Virus record (IMG/VR): IMGVR_UViG_3300034220_000029
Location: 526-64,525 of that record
Direction: 5' to 3' (one strand)
DNA length: 64,000 bases
Source: a virus
Shown: one piece after another, positions 53,380-62,588 of the stretch
Position numbering within the stretch: the first letter of the stretch is position 1
How the letters are laid out: each line of letters starts with the position of its first letter
Notes under the pieces: generated by a model
What the model was told of the DNA's origin: nothing
The model's database searches: none
Seen by the model: the letters and a program-made list of their open reading frames with translations, nothing else
Program-made: the position numbers and the translations under genes

Positions 53380-55097
53380 GCCTTGAGCTGGCGGACCAGC
53401 ATTACAAGCGCCTGCTGTCGAAGACGACGCGGCGCCTGTCCCGCGCCGACCTTGCCAAGTGGATCACCGACAACACGTACATCGGCGGCCGGCCGTTCTC
53501 GTTCAAGGACCACGAGTTTCAGGAAAAAATCCTGCAGGACACGAGCCAGGAGATCGTGATCATGAAGTCGGCCCAGCTGGGCCTGTCCGAGATGAGCCTG
53601 CGCATGGCGCTGGGCCTGGTGATGCTCATGCCGGGCAACTTCGCCATCGGCTACACGTTCCCGACAGCGTCCTTCGCGTCGCACTACTCGAAGACCCGGT
53701 TCGACCCCATCGTGCGCGGCTCGCCGAGCCTGCGCGCCGCGGTGCGGCTGACCGACCTCGACAACGCCGAGAGCAAGGCCTTCGGCCCCGGGCGCTTCAT
53801 CTTTTTCAAGGGCGCCGCGGTCGGCAACGCCGCCATTTCCGACTCGCTTGACCTGCTGATCCACGACGAGCTTGACTTCAGCGACCCCGACATCGTCGGC
53901 GACTACACCAGCCGCTTGATCCACTCGCCCTGGAAGATGAAAGTCAAGCTGTCCACGCCGACCTTCCCCGGCGGGCCGATCGACAGCGCGTTTGGCCAGT
54001 CCCGCAAGCACTTCAATTTCTGCCGGTGCCAGCACTGCAACACGCGGTTCATCCCGAATTTCTACGAGCACGTCAAGATTCCTGGCTGGGACAAGCACCT
54101 CGACGAGATCACGCGCGACAACCTGCACACCGTCAACTACGCCGCGGCGAAGCTGCTGTGCCCGAGCTGCTTCCAGGCGGTGGACCTGAACCCCGAGCAC
54201 CGCGAGTGGGTGTGCGAGAACCCGGAGGAGCCGCACATCGCCGCCGGGTACAAGGTCAGCCCGTTCGATGCCCCGAACGTCATCACGCTGTCCAACCTGA
54301 TCGAGGCGTCCACCAGCTACGCCAGCAAGGCGAAGTTCCGCCAGTTCTCCCTGGGCATTCCCGCGGCCGACGCCGACAGCGGCTTGACCGAGGAGGACCT
54401 TGAGCGGATCGGGGTGCAGATGGTGCAGAGCCCGTTCACGACGCACGTCATGGGGATTGACCTGGGCTTGACCTGCCACTTCATGGTGGGCAGCTTGACG
54501 CCGGAGGGCCAGCTCGTCGTGGTGCACTACGAGCGGGTACCGCTCAAGGCCTTCCGCGAGCGGTACACCGCCCTGAAGTCGCAGTACCGCATCTCGATCG
54601 TGGTGAGCGACATCCAGCCGTACACCGACCTGATCATGTCGATGAGCGCCATTGACCACAACCTCTTCGGCGCCAGGTACGTGACGCGCCAAGGCCTTGA
54701 GGTCTACGACGTGAAGGTGCAAGACCCCGACAACGACAACGCCATCGAGGGCGTCCGCGAGATCAGCGTCAACCGGAACGCCATCTTCGACAAGATCATG
54801 TCGGAAGTGCGCCCGGCCGATGGCGAGGCCCCGCGCGTGGTGATCAGGAAGCTGGAGGACTGGGAGCTCATCAAATCCCACATGACCGACATGAAGCGGG
54901 CCTCGGCGACCCTGCGCAACGGCGAGTTCACCAGCGTCTGGCAGAAGTCCAGCAAGGGCAACGACCACTACCACCACACGCTGGGCTACCTCTGGATCGC
55001 CGCCCAGCTGCGCGGGATCGCGATGGGCGGCATGGCCACCGGGATGCCTGGCGTCAGCACTTTCAAGATCAAGGGCTCCACGCCGGTCCGTAGGTAG
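53376..55097 (+). CDS. terL: Terminase large subunit, lambda GpA-like
   Basis: MKSAQLGLSE (GpA-type Walker A), LIHDELD, LSTPT, CQHC/CPSC, GIDLG nuclease, NDHY. Confidence 0.9.
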   Translation: MSLELADQHYKRLLSKTTRRLSRADLAKWITDNTYIGGRPFSFKDHEFQEKILQDTSQEIVIMKSAQLGLSEMSLRMALGLVMLMPGNFAIGYTFPTASFASHYSKTRFDPIVRGSPSLRAAVRLTDLDNAESKAFGPGRFIFFKGAAVGNAAISDSLDLLIHDELDFSDPDIVGDYTSRLIHSPWKMKVKLSTPTFPGGPIDSAFGQSRKHFNFCRCQHCNTRFIPNFYEHVKIPGWDKHLDEITRDNLHTVNYAAAKLLCPSCFQAVDLNPEHREWVCENPEEPHIAAGYKVSPFDAPNVITLSNLIEASTSYASKAKFRQFSLGIPAADADSGLTEEDLERIGVQMVQSPFTTHVMGIDLGLTCHFMVGSLTPEGQLVVVHYERVPLKAFRERYTALKSQYRISIVVSDIQPYTDLIMSMSAIDHNLFGARYVTRQGLEVYDVKVQDPDNDNAIEGVREISVNRNAIFDKIMSEVRPADGEAPRVVIRKLEDWELIKSHMTDMKRASATLRNGEFTSVWQKSSKGNDHYHHTLGYLWIAAQLRGIAMGGMATGMPGVSTFKIKGSTPVRR

Positions 55098-55132
55098 GGG
55101 ATTGCTTACGGCATTGACGCGGCCCTAGTGTC
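55097..55132 (+). promoter_or_regulatory. Late promoter GGGGATTG-N16-GGCCCTAGTGTC (copy 1)
   Basis: Same boxes and spacing as 62520-62555. Confidence 0.75.
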
Positions 55133-55138
55133 TTCGCA

Positions 55139-56668
55139 ATGTTCGGCAAACTGAAAACCTTTTTCCTGGGTGCGGGGGCCACTGTCGAGAAGACGGGTGC
55201 CGCCGCGCTGCCGCCTATCGTCGACCCGAAGGTGCCCAACCGCCCGCAGGGTGTCCAGTCGGCCAGCAAGCGGACGGCAACGTCCACCGGGGACCTGAAG
55301 CTTTCCGCGACCGACCGGCGCACCGCAAACCTTGACCTGCTGACGCTGCGCAACGGCACGTCCACCAAATCGACGATCCGGGACCTGGCGGCAGTCAGTC
55401 CCGACCTCTCCGCCAGCGTCTGGGCGTACCAGCGCATGGTGGTCACGCGGAACTTTTCCGCTGTGGCCCGCAACATGGACGGCACGATCAACGTGCCGGC
55501 GACCGAGCTGGCGCAGCAGCTGCTGTCCCGGTTCAACTTCCTGACCGACTACAACGACGGCTTCTCAGGCGTCTCATCGATCCACTCGGTGGCCGAGAGC
55601 CTGGCGCTGGAGCTGCGCCTGTACGGCGCCTGCTCGATGGAGCTGGTGCTGGACAAGGCCCGCGTGCCCAACCGCCTGCAGCCGATCTCCACCACGCAGA
55701 TCGAGTTCTTCGAGGACAACACCGGCTACGTGTACCCGGTCCAGAAGGCCAACGGCGAGGAGATCAACCTCGACACGCCCGCGTTCTTCTACGAGGCGCT
55801 TGACCAGGACCTGCTGACGGCTTACTCGAACGCCCCAATGGAGGCGGCGCTGCAGGCGGTGCTTGCAGATACGGAATTCACGAATGACGTACGCCGCGTG
55901 ATCAAGCGCGCGCTGCACCCGCGCCTCGACGTCACCATCAATTCCGAGCTGTTCCGCAAGAACGCCCCGATCGACGTGATCGGTGATCCCGAGAAGATGC
56001 GGGCCTACCAGGAAAACTTCATCCGCGACGTGGAGTCGACTGTCAACGGCCTGGAGCCGGACGACGCGCTGGTGCACTTCGACTCGGTCGAATTCGACTA
56101 CCTCAACAACGGCAACGTCACGCTCAACAAGGAGTACGAGACGCTGCAGGGCATGGTCAACGCGAAGACCGCCACCGGCACGAAAGCGCCTCCCGCGGTG
56201 CTTGGCCACGGCGCCACGTCCCAGAACATCGCCTCGACCGAGACCTTGCTGTTCATGCGCTACTGCGAGGGCGTGCAGAACAAGATCAACTCGATCCTCT
56301 CGCGCGCCATGACGCTGGGTGTGCGCCTGCTTGGCCAGGATTGCTACGTGCAGTTCGCGTTCGACCGCATCGACCTGCGCCCCGACGCCGAGCTGGAGGC
56401 CTTCCGCTCCATGAAGCAGAGCCGGGTGCTCGAGCAACTGTCGATCGGTTTCATCTCCGACGAAGAGGCTGCCATCGAGCTGACCGGCCGGCTGCCTGCG
56501 GCCGGCGCGCCGAAGCTGAGCGGGACCTTCTTCAAGGCCGGCGCCAGCGACCCCAACGCGGTCGAAGAGAACCCGACCAGCAACACCAGCACCGGCCCCG
56601 AGGGCCCGCGCGACACCAAGACCCAGACACCGACACAACCAAAAGGCCCCGTCAAACGGGTGAAGTGA
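55139..56668 (+). CDS. Portal protein
   Basis: 509 aa directly after TerL; helical; position in head module. Confidence 0.85.
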   Translation: MFGKLKTFFLGAGATVEKTGAAALPPIVDPKVPNRPQGVQSASKRTATSTGDLKLSATDRRTANLDLLTLRNGTSTKSTIRDLAAVSPDLSASVWAYQRMVVTRNFSAVARNMDGTINVPATELAQQLLSRFNFLTDYNDGFSGVSSIHSVAESLALELRLYGACSMELVLDKARVPNRLQPISTTQIEFFEDNTGYVYPVQKANGEEINLDTPAFFYEALDQDLLTAYSNAPMEAALQAVLADTEFTNDVRRVIKRALHPRLDVTINSELFRKNAPIDVIGDPEKMRAYQENFIRDVESTVNGLEPDDALVHFDSVEFDYLNNGNVTLNKEYETLQGMVNAKTATGTKAPPAVLGHGATSQNIASTETLLFMRYCEGVQNKINSILSRAMTLGVRLLGQDCYVQFAFDRIDLRPDAELEAFRSMKQSRVLEQLSIGFISDEEAAIELTGRLPAAGAPKLSGTFFKAGASDPNAVEENPTSNTSTGPEGPRDTKTQTPTQPKGPVKRVK

Positions 56669-56669
56669 C

Positions 56670-58109
56670 ATGGACATTTTTGACATCAAGATGTGGGCCG
56701 GCACCGAAGAAGCTCTCGCCGGCTACCTGCTGACGCTCAAGCGGATCACCGCCGATGGTGCGCTGACCAAGAAGGCCGACATCTACGGCGACGGTGACCG
56801 CGCCGAGCGCCCACCCCGCCTGTTCTCCAAGCAGGGTGACATCGGCGTGATCTCGATCTCGGGCTCGCTGAACAACTCCAGCTCGTGGATCAACGAGTAT
56901 TACGGCATGACGGGGTACCCGGAGATTCGGGCGGCCCTTGTCCACGCGGCCATGCAGGAAGACATCAAGCACATCGTGCTCGACATCAAGTCCGGCGGCG
57001 GCGCGGTTTCCGGCTGCTCCGACACGGGCGACCTGATCAAGACCATCGACGGCCAGGTGAAGCCGGTCAGCTCGTTCTCCGACGGCATGATCGCGTCCGC
57101 CGCGTACTGGCTTGGCGCGTCGGCCCGGGACTTGACCATCGGCAAGGTCACCGAGGCTGGCTCCATCGGCGTGCTGGTGATGCACCAGGAAATGAGCAGG
57201 ATGCTGGCCGAGGCGGGCATCACGATCAACGTGATCCGCTCCGGCAAGTTCAAGGCTCTCGGCAATTCGATGGAGCCGCTGAGCGAGCTTGGCAAGGAAA
57301 CCATTCAGGCCCAAGTCGATGAGATGAACGATATGTTCGTCGCCCACGTTGCCGAGTGCCGCAAGACGACCCCCGCTCTCGTCGAGAGCCGGATGGGCCA
57401 GGGCCGCGTGTTCATTGGGCAGACCGCCATGGACGTCGGCCTGGTCGACGCGATCTCCAACTTCGACACCTTCATGTCGAAGAAGCAGGGGGAGATTGAC
57501 TCTACAAAACAACAGCCCAAGTATGGTGCCAACCTTCCAAAAGGATCTATTTTGAAAACAGCATTGACACAACAAGCAATCGCCGCGATGGCCGCGGGCG
57601 CCGTACTGCTGGAGACCCCCGTGGTTCCCGGCGCGACTGCTCCGGTCGCTGAGGTTCCTGCCCCAGTGGCTGAAGTCCCAGCTCCCGCTGAGATCGCCCC
57701 AGTCGCCGAGACGCCCGCCGCGAACGCCGATGTGGTGTCTTTGCTGCAGGGCCAATTGGCCGCTGCACAAGGCCAGGTGGTCACCCTGAACGTCGAGCTG
57801 CAGACCGCAAAGTCTGCCGCTGCTGGCGTCACTGCCGCCGCCGAAAAGATGCGCCCTGTCGTGCGCGCTGCCGTCGGCAACCTGCGCATCGCGCTGGGTG
57901 GCACTGACGCAGGCGTCGAGGCACTGGACGACGCCGGCCTGCTCGCTGAGCACGCCAACCTGGCGGCCCAGTTCGACAAAAAGTTCAAGGCTGGTGGCGT
58001 GGCGGCAGTGCCGTCCGCCAACGCCGAAAAGGAGAGCGAAGTTGGCGTGGATGAACCACGCCGCCAAGCTCGTTTGGCAGCCACCCTCAACAGCAACAGC
58101 AAAAAATAA
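56670..58109 (+). CDS. S49 (SppA/ClpP-like) prohead protease with C-terminal scaffold
   Basis: IVLDIKSGGG, MIASAAYWLG, AGSIGV, GRVFIGQTAMDVGLVD. Confidence 0.92.
   Translation: MDIFDIKMWAGTEEALAGYLLTLKRITADGALTKKADIYGDGDRAERPPRLFSKQGDIGVISISGSLNNSSSWINEYYGMTGYPEIRAALVHAAMQEDIKHIVLDIKSGGGAVSGCSDTGDLIKTIDGQVKPVSSFSDGMIASAAYWLGASARDLTIGKVTEAGSIGVLVMHQEMSRMLAEAGITINVIRSGKFKALGNSMEPLSELGKETIQAQVDEMNDMFVAHVAECRKTTPALVESRMGQGRVFIGQTAMDVGLVDAISNFDTFMSKKQGEIDSTKQQPKYGANLPKGSILKTALTQQAIAAMAAGAVLLETPVVPGATAPVAEVPAPVAEVPAPAEIAPVAETPAANADVVSLLQGQLAAAQGQVVTLNVELQTAKSAAAGVTAAAEKMRPVVRAAVGNLRIALGGTDAGVEALDDAGLLAEHANLAAQFDKKFKAGGVAAVPSANAEKESEVGVDEPRRQARLAATLNSNSKK
57552..58109 (+). CDS. Nested in-frame scaffolding protein
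   Basis: AAGGA 57541-57545 then in-frame TTG at 57552 in an AT-rich patch; downstream Ala-rich coiled coil. Confidence 0.55.
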   Translation: MKTALTQQAIAAMAAGAVLLETPVVPGATAPVAEVPAPVAEVPAPAEIAPVAETPAANADVVSLLQGQLAAAQGQVVTLNVELQTAKSAAAGVTAAAEKMRPVVRAAVGNLRIALGGTDAGVEALDDAGLLAEHANLAAQFDKKFKAGGVAAVPSANAEKESEVGVDEPRRQARLAATLNSNSKK

Positions 58110-58123
58110 GGAGCTAGTTAATC

Positions 58124-58612
58124 ATGCCTAAATTCAAGTTTGGCGTAGTCATGGACCTGGCGGAGGCACAAACCGCCCGCCTGGCAGACGGCGCCTCCGG
58201 CTCGGCCACCCAGCTGGCCAAAGAAGACAACGACAAGTTCGTCAAGCTGATTGGCGACAGCCAGTACGGCTTGTGCGCTGTCGGCAATGAGATCGAGGGC
58301 GTCGTGTCCGTCGCGAATGACATCGCGCCCGGCGACGGTTTCAACCTCGGCTCGATCATCAACAACGTCCGCGCCCGCGTCAAGGTCACCCTCGACGGCC
58401 TGCAGGCAACACCCGGCACCGGCACCCTCGTGGTCGGCGACTACGTGGTCTGCGGCACCGTGACCGCTCGCGGCACCGTTCTGCCAGGCCCACCCAAGGT
58501 GTGCAAGGCGACGGCAGCAGCAACCGGCATCGTCTTCAAGTGGCGTGTTGTGTCCTTCATCTCGGGAACTGGCGCAGTTGGCCAGACCGCGCTGATCGAG
58601 CGCGTGTCCTAA
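58124..58612 (+). CDS. Head decoration/cement protein
   Basis: Beta-rich 162 aa between protease and capsid; AAGGAG RBS. Confidence 0.7.
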   Translation: MPKFKFGVVMDLAEAQTARLADGASGSATQLAKEDNDKFVKLIGDSQYGLCAVGNEIEGVVSVANDIAPGDGFNLGSIINNVRARVKVTLDGLQATPGTGTLVVGDYVVCGTVTARGTVLPGPPKVCKATAAATGIVFKWRVVSFISGTGAVGQTALIERVS

Positions 58613-58639
58613 ACCCAAAAAGAAATCAAGGAGCGAATC

Positions 58640-59821
58640 GTGAGCAAACAAGAACTCGTAATTGTCGACGCGCGCGGCGACAAGAAACCAGTCGATCTGA
58701 GCGTTGCCCTGTACAAGGACGCCGCTGAAGCAGGCTTGAGCCTGGGTCAACACATGGCCAACGTCTACCCGACGAACGCCAACAAAGACGGCACTGCCAT
58801 GCAGCAGGTGCTCGAGCAGTGCGGCATCTTCGTCAAGGGCAACAAGGAATTCGGCATCCGTGCTTCGAGCATGGACGACATCCTGAACCCCAAGGAAGCC
58901 GCATCGGCCATCACCCGCGACGGCATCCCGGCTTCCCGCCTGCTGTTCCCGGCCGTGATCCTCGACATCATCGAGGACAAGCTGCAGCGCGACTACTCGA
59001 CCAACCCCAACGCCTTGACCAGCATGGTTGCCGTCGACGACAGCATCCAGGGTGATCGCTGGGAGCGCCCGGTCCTGAACTTCGACAAGCCTGAAGAGGC
59101 CCGTTCGGCACCCGTGAGCCAGCTCTCGCTGCCAAACAGCATGCTGACGATCACTGCGTCGGACAAAACCATGCGCATCCCCAACTGGGCGATCGGCATG
59201 ACGATCTCTGAGCAGGCGCTGAAGTCCACGACCCTTGACCTGGTTGGCCTGGCCGTGAGCCGCCAAGCTGCTGTCGAAGGCAACGAGCGCGCCAACGGCT
59301 ACATCCTGTCGCTGCTGCAAGGCGACACGGACTACAGCATGGTTGCTCTGTCGGCAATCGCTGGCAAGGTGCAGACCGCCGTGTCCCTGGACTCCGCAGC
59401 CTCCGCCGGCCTGACCCAGAAGGCCTGGCTGACCTGGTTGTCGCAGCGTTCCGAGAAGCGTGTCATCACCCACGTCGTGACCGACCTGGCTGGCGCCATG
59501 GCCATCGAGAGCCGCGTCGGCAAGCCGGTGGTGGTCGGTGACAACCCAACCAGCGTTCGCATCGACACGCTGATGGAAGTCATCAACCCAATGTGGCCCG
59601 CCAAGGTCAAGGTCTTCCTGACCAACGACGTGAACTGGCCTGCCAAGACCATCATGGGCATCGATCAGCGCTATGCGATCCACCGCGTCAACTCCTTGAC
59701 CGCCCAGTACAGCGCCATCGAGCAGTTCGTGCTGAAGCGTGCCACGTCGCTGCGTATCGACAAAGGCGAAGCAGTCGTCCGACTGTTTGACGAGGCCTTC
59801 GAGGTTCTGACCTACGCGTAA
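58640..59821 (+). CDS. Major capsid protein
   Basis: 393 aa, strong RBS, position, followed by hairpin. Confidence 0.85.
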   Translation: MSKQELVIVDARGDKKPVDLSVALYKDAAEAGLSLGQHMANVYPTNANKDGTAMQQVLEQCGIFVKGNKEFGIRASSMDDILNPKEAASAITRDGIPASRLLFPAVILDIIEDKLQRDYSTNPNALTSMVAVDDSIQGDRWERPVLNFDKPEEARSAPVSQLSLPNSMLTITASDKTMRIPNWAIGMTISEQALKSTTLDLVGLAVSRQAAVEGNERANGYILSLLQGDTDYSMVALSAIAGKVQTAVSLDSAASAGLTQKAWLTWLSQRSEKRVITHVVTDLAGAMAIESRVGKPVVVGDNPTSVRIDTLMEVINPMWPAKVKVFLTNDVNWPAKTIMGIDQRYAIHRVNSLTAQYSAIEQFVLKRATSLRIDKGEAVVRLFDEAFEVLTYA

Positions 59822-59840
59822 TAGCGTCGGCTGACTGACC

Positions 59841-59871
59841 CGGGGCGAGCATGCGAAAGCAGCCCGCCCCG
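59841..59871 (+). terminator. Hairpin after capsid gene (GAAA loop)
   Basis: CGGGGCG...TGC-GAAA-GCA...CGCCCCG; weak U-tract. Confidence 0.5.
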
Positions 59872-59895
59872 TTCCCATAACCTGAGCCCAATAAA

Positions 59896-60222
59896 ATGAC
59901 AAAACCTACCCTGACCCTGAACGGCCAAGCCCCCACAACCGCCGCGCCTGCAGCCACCGCCCCCGCCCCCGAGGTAACCGCGCCTGCGGTCACCACGCCT
60001 GCGGCCGACGCGCCCGACGCTCCCGCTGCCGATGCTCCTGTGCCCGAGCGCGAGACGCCGAGCCTGCTGGGTACCCGGCAGCGCATCGTGACGAAGAATG
60101 GCCAGCCCTCACTGCACCTGGTGCTCAATGAGTGGTTCGGCGCCGACTCGCGCAAGACGCTGGTCGACGACTTCACCCAAGCCCAGCTTGACGCGGGTAA
60201 ATGGCTCGTGTCCGAAGAATAA
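59896..60222 (+). CDS. Hypothetical virion protein with Ala/Pro-rich N-terminus
   Basis: ORF after capsid gene. Confidence 0.75.
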   Translation: MTKPTLTLNGQAPTTAAPAATAPAPEVTAPAVTTPAADAPDAPAADAPVPERETPSLLGTRQRIVTKNGQPSLHLVLNEWFGADSRKTLVDDFTQAQLDAGKWLVSEE

Positions 60223-60240
60223 TCCCGCAGGGCTTACCGC

Positions 60241-60741
60241 ATGTCTTTGACCACCTACTGTGAATACGATGAGGTTCGGGCCGCCCTTGGCGTGAATGAC
60301 CTTGAGTTGAAGGAGTCGGTGCTGAGCCTTCCCGTTTACGAGATGGGCTTGGTCCGGGAGCTTTCTAAGGTCTCGACGTCACTGAATGCGATTTTTTCCA
60401 CTGTCCACTCCCTGGACGCGGCGTCTCGCACCGTGCAGGAGGCCGGGCTGCACGACGCGGTCCGCTTGTTCAGCGTTTACGCTGCCGCCAAGCAGGTGGG
60501 CGTCTCCCTTGCCACCTTCGCTCCGAAGGATGTCGGTGACGGCAAGGCCACGGTGTCCCGCTTCGCGGGCACCCCGTTCCTCGACACGCTGGAGCGGATC
60601 GACCGCTTCTACACCGAGCTGCGCGGGTCCCTGGTAGACGCCTACGAGGCGTACACGGGCGCGGCCACCTCCTTGGCCTCCACGGTGCCAGCCACCGCTT
60701 TCCTGGCCTCACCGCGGGCCTACGACCCGGTGACTGGCTGA
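60241..60741 (+). CDS. Head-tail adaptor (gp15-like, by position)
   Basis: TTYCEYDEVRAALG N-terminus typical of connectors. Confidence 0.65.
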   Translation: MSLTTYCEYDEVRAALGVNDLELKESVLSLPVYEMGLVRELSKVSTSLNAIFSTVHSLDAASRTVQEAGLHDAVRLFSVYAAAKQVGVSLATFAPKDVGDGKATVSRFAGTPFLDTLERIDRFYTELRGSLVDAYEAYTGAATSLASTVPATAFLASPRAYDPVTG

Positions 60742-61580
60742 TGCTGTCCCTGACGGACGCGGCGACCTACTTCGACCGCACGCAGGTCCTCGACCCCGAC
60801 ACCGGCACGGTCCTGTTCCTCGGGCAGGTCGACCCCTACGACGATTCCAAGAGGGATGCTGGCGGCGCTTACCGCCGCATCCTGTCCCTGGCGCCAGGCA
60901 CCGCGGTGCCGGCCAGCCGGGCCGTGCGCATCTTCGGCCAGGTCTGGCTGATCGGCAACAAGGAGGTCGACGGCCTTGAGCTCGCGCACCGCGACAAGTA
61001 CGTCCTCCAGCCGGCCGGCCAGCAGCTGAGCATCGGCCGCCTCTCTGGGTACCTCGGCGCTGTGGCTGCCGGCACGGCCTGGGCGGGCGTTGAGTGGATC
61101 AAGGACGGCAAGGAGATGGGGGCCTCTTCCGAGGTGGTCCGCATGCACAACATCTTCCTGGCCACGGGCTTCGACGTGCGCGCGCGGGATGTGGTTTGGA
61201 ACAGCAACGGCGCCTACCTCGTGCTATCAATTCATGAGCAGCCGAGCGGCTACAAGCTTGCCTCCACGGCGCAATTGGATTACCCCGTGGCAACCGCCAC
61301 CCTTGTCCCGCGCGTGTACAGCCCGACGCTGGGTGCGTACACACCGGGAGCCCCTGCCAGTGTGGCGGCCTTGCGCGTGCGGTGGCAGAACCTCTTCGCC
61401 TATGCCGATGAGGCAGCGGCGCGGTATCAGGAGGGGGACGACACAATCGTCCTGCCTGCTGGCACCGCGGTGGACACGGCGAGCCGGATCACGCTTGATT
61501 CCGAGGAATGGACCGTCCTGGCCGTCAATGCCCTGGGCGGCGCCGTCACTGTGCACGGGCGGCCGGCGTGGGCCACGTAA
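60741..61580 (+). CDS. Head closure/connector protein (by position)
   Basis: Beta-rich 279 aa; coupled. Confidence 0.6.
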   Translation: MLSLTDAATYFDRTQVLDPDTGTVLFLGQVDPYDDSKRDAGGAYRRILSLAPGTAVPASRAVRIFGQVWLIGNKEVDGLELAHRDKYVLQPAGQQLSIGRLSGYLGAVAAGTAWAGVEWIKDGKEMGASSEVVRMHNIFLATGFDVRARDVVWNSNGAYLVLSIHEQPSGYKLASTAQLDYPVATATLVPRVYSPTLGAYTPGAPASVAALRVRWQNLFAYADEAAARYQEGDDTIVLPAGTAVDTASRITLDSEEWTVLAVNALGGAVTVHGRPAWAT

Positions 61581-62110
61581 CGAATCTCGCCAGGTTCAAC
61601 ATCGGCGTGGACCTGGCCTTCAAGCAGGTCGCCGCGCTGGGCACCCAGGCCTATCGGGATTTCATCTGGCAGGTGTTCCTCCGCATCCTCCGCGAGACCC
61701 CGCAGTGGTCCGGCAAGGCCGTGGCGAACTGGAACATCAGCATCGGGGCCCCCAACTTCGATTTCATCGACAACCTCGGGGACCCGGTGGACAACTTTGG
61801 CGTCGCCCACGAGAAGGGCGATGAGCGGTGGATGCGGATCGCGCGCACGCGCAACAAGCCCATCATGCAGAGCATCCGCTATCGGGACAAGGTCTTCATC
61901 TCCAACGGTGTGACCGGGGATGACGACGGCGGCAAGTCGGCCAACACCTACCTTGAGTCGCTGCAGGACCCGGGCTACTGGGCAAGCAAGCTGCGGGCCG
62001 TCAACCAGCCGTACGAGACCGCGCAGGAGAGCGTGATCGTCATCGGGACCAAGTTTGGAAGCAAGGGCTTCGCACTGCCGCGCATCAGCGGTGAGGACTG
62101 GAAATCATGA
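61568..62110 (+). CDS. Neck/tail completion protein (HK97 gp10-like)
   Basis: ETPQWSGKAVANW motif; GTG start. Confidence 0.7.
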   Translation: MGHVTNLARFNIGVDLAFKQVAALGTQAYRDFIWQVFLRILRETPQWSGKAVANWNISIGAPNFDFIDNLGDPVDNFGVAHEKGDERWMRIARTRNKPIMQSIRYRDKVFISNGVTGDDDGGKSANTYLESLQDPGYWASKLRAVNQPYETAQESVIVIGTKFGSKGFALPRISGEDWKS

Positions 62111-62514
62111 ACACAAAAGAGTTTCGCGCGGCCTTGTTTGCCGACATCGTGGCATGGGGCGCCGCGGCTTTTCCGGCCATGCCGCTGATCTTCGAGAACG
62201 GCCCGGTACCCGACGAGAACAGCATCGGTCAAATCTGGCTTGACTGCGAGGTGCGCTGGTACGGAGCCAAGAACGTCAGCATGGGCGTGACGCCGCGCGG
62301 GCGCCACAGCGGCGCGGTTTCCACGCAGGTGTTCTATCGCCAGGCCGCAGGCACTGGCCAGGCCGACGACGTCGTCGACAGCCTCGAGACCCTGCTGAAG
62401 AACAAACGCCTGGGCGCGGGGCAGCTGCAGTTCCCGCAGAGGACCGCCCCGACACACTTGAAGGGCTGGTACAAAACCGGGCTCCTCACCCCGTTCTACC
62501 TAGACCGGGATTGA
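62107..62514 (+). CDS. Tail terminator protein
   Basis: IFEN...WLDCEV...G.V..QVF pattern directly before tail tube. Confidence 0.7.
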   Translation: MNTKEFRAALFADIVAWGAAAFPAMPLIFENGPVPDENSIGQIWLDCEVRWYGAKNVSMGVTPRGRHSGAVSTQVFYRQAAGTGQADDVVDSLETLLKNKRLGAGQLQFPQRTAPTHLKGWYKTGLLTPFYLDRD

Positions 62515-62519
62515 CAGTG

Positions 62520-62555
62520 GGGGATTGATCTTCCGATGCGGGTGGCCCTAGTGTC
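62520..62555 (+). promoter_or_regulatory. Late promoter GGGGATTG-N16-GGCCCTAGTGTC (copy 2)
   Basis: Same boxes and spacing as 55097-55132. Confidence 0.75.
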
Positions 62556-62588
62556 CTCAGGAACATACCGCCCAACACGGAGATTCCC

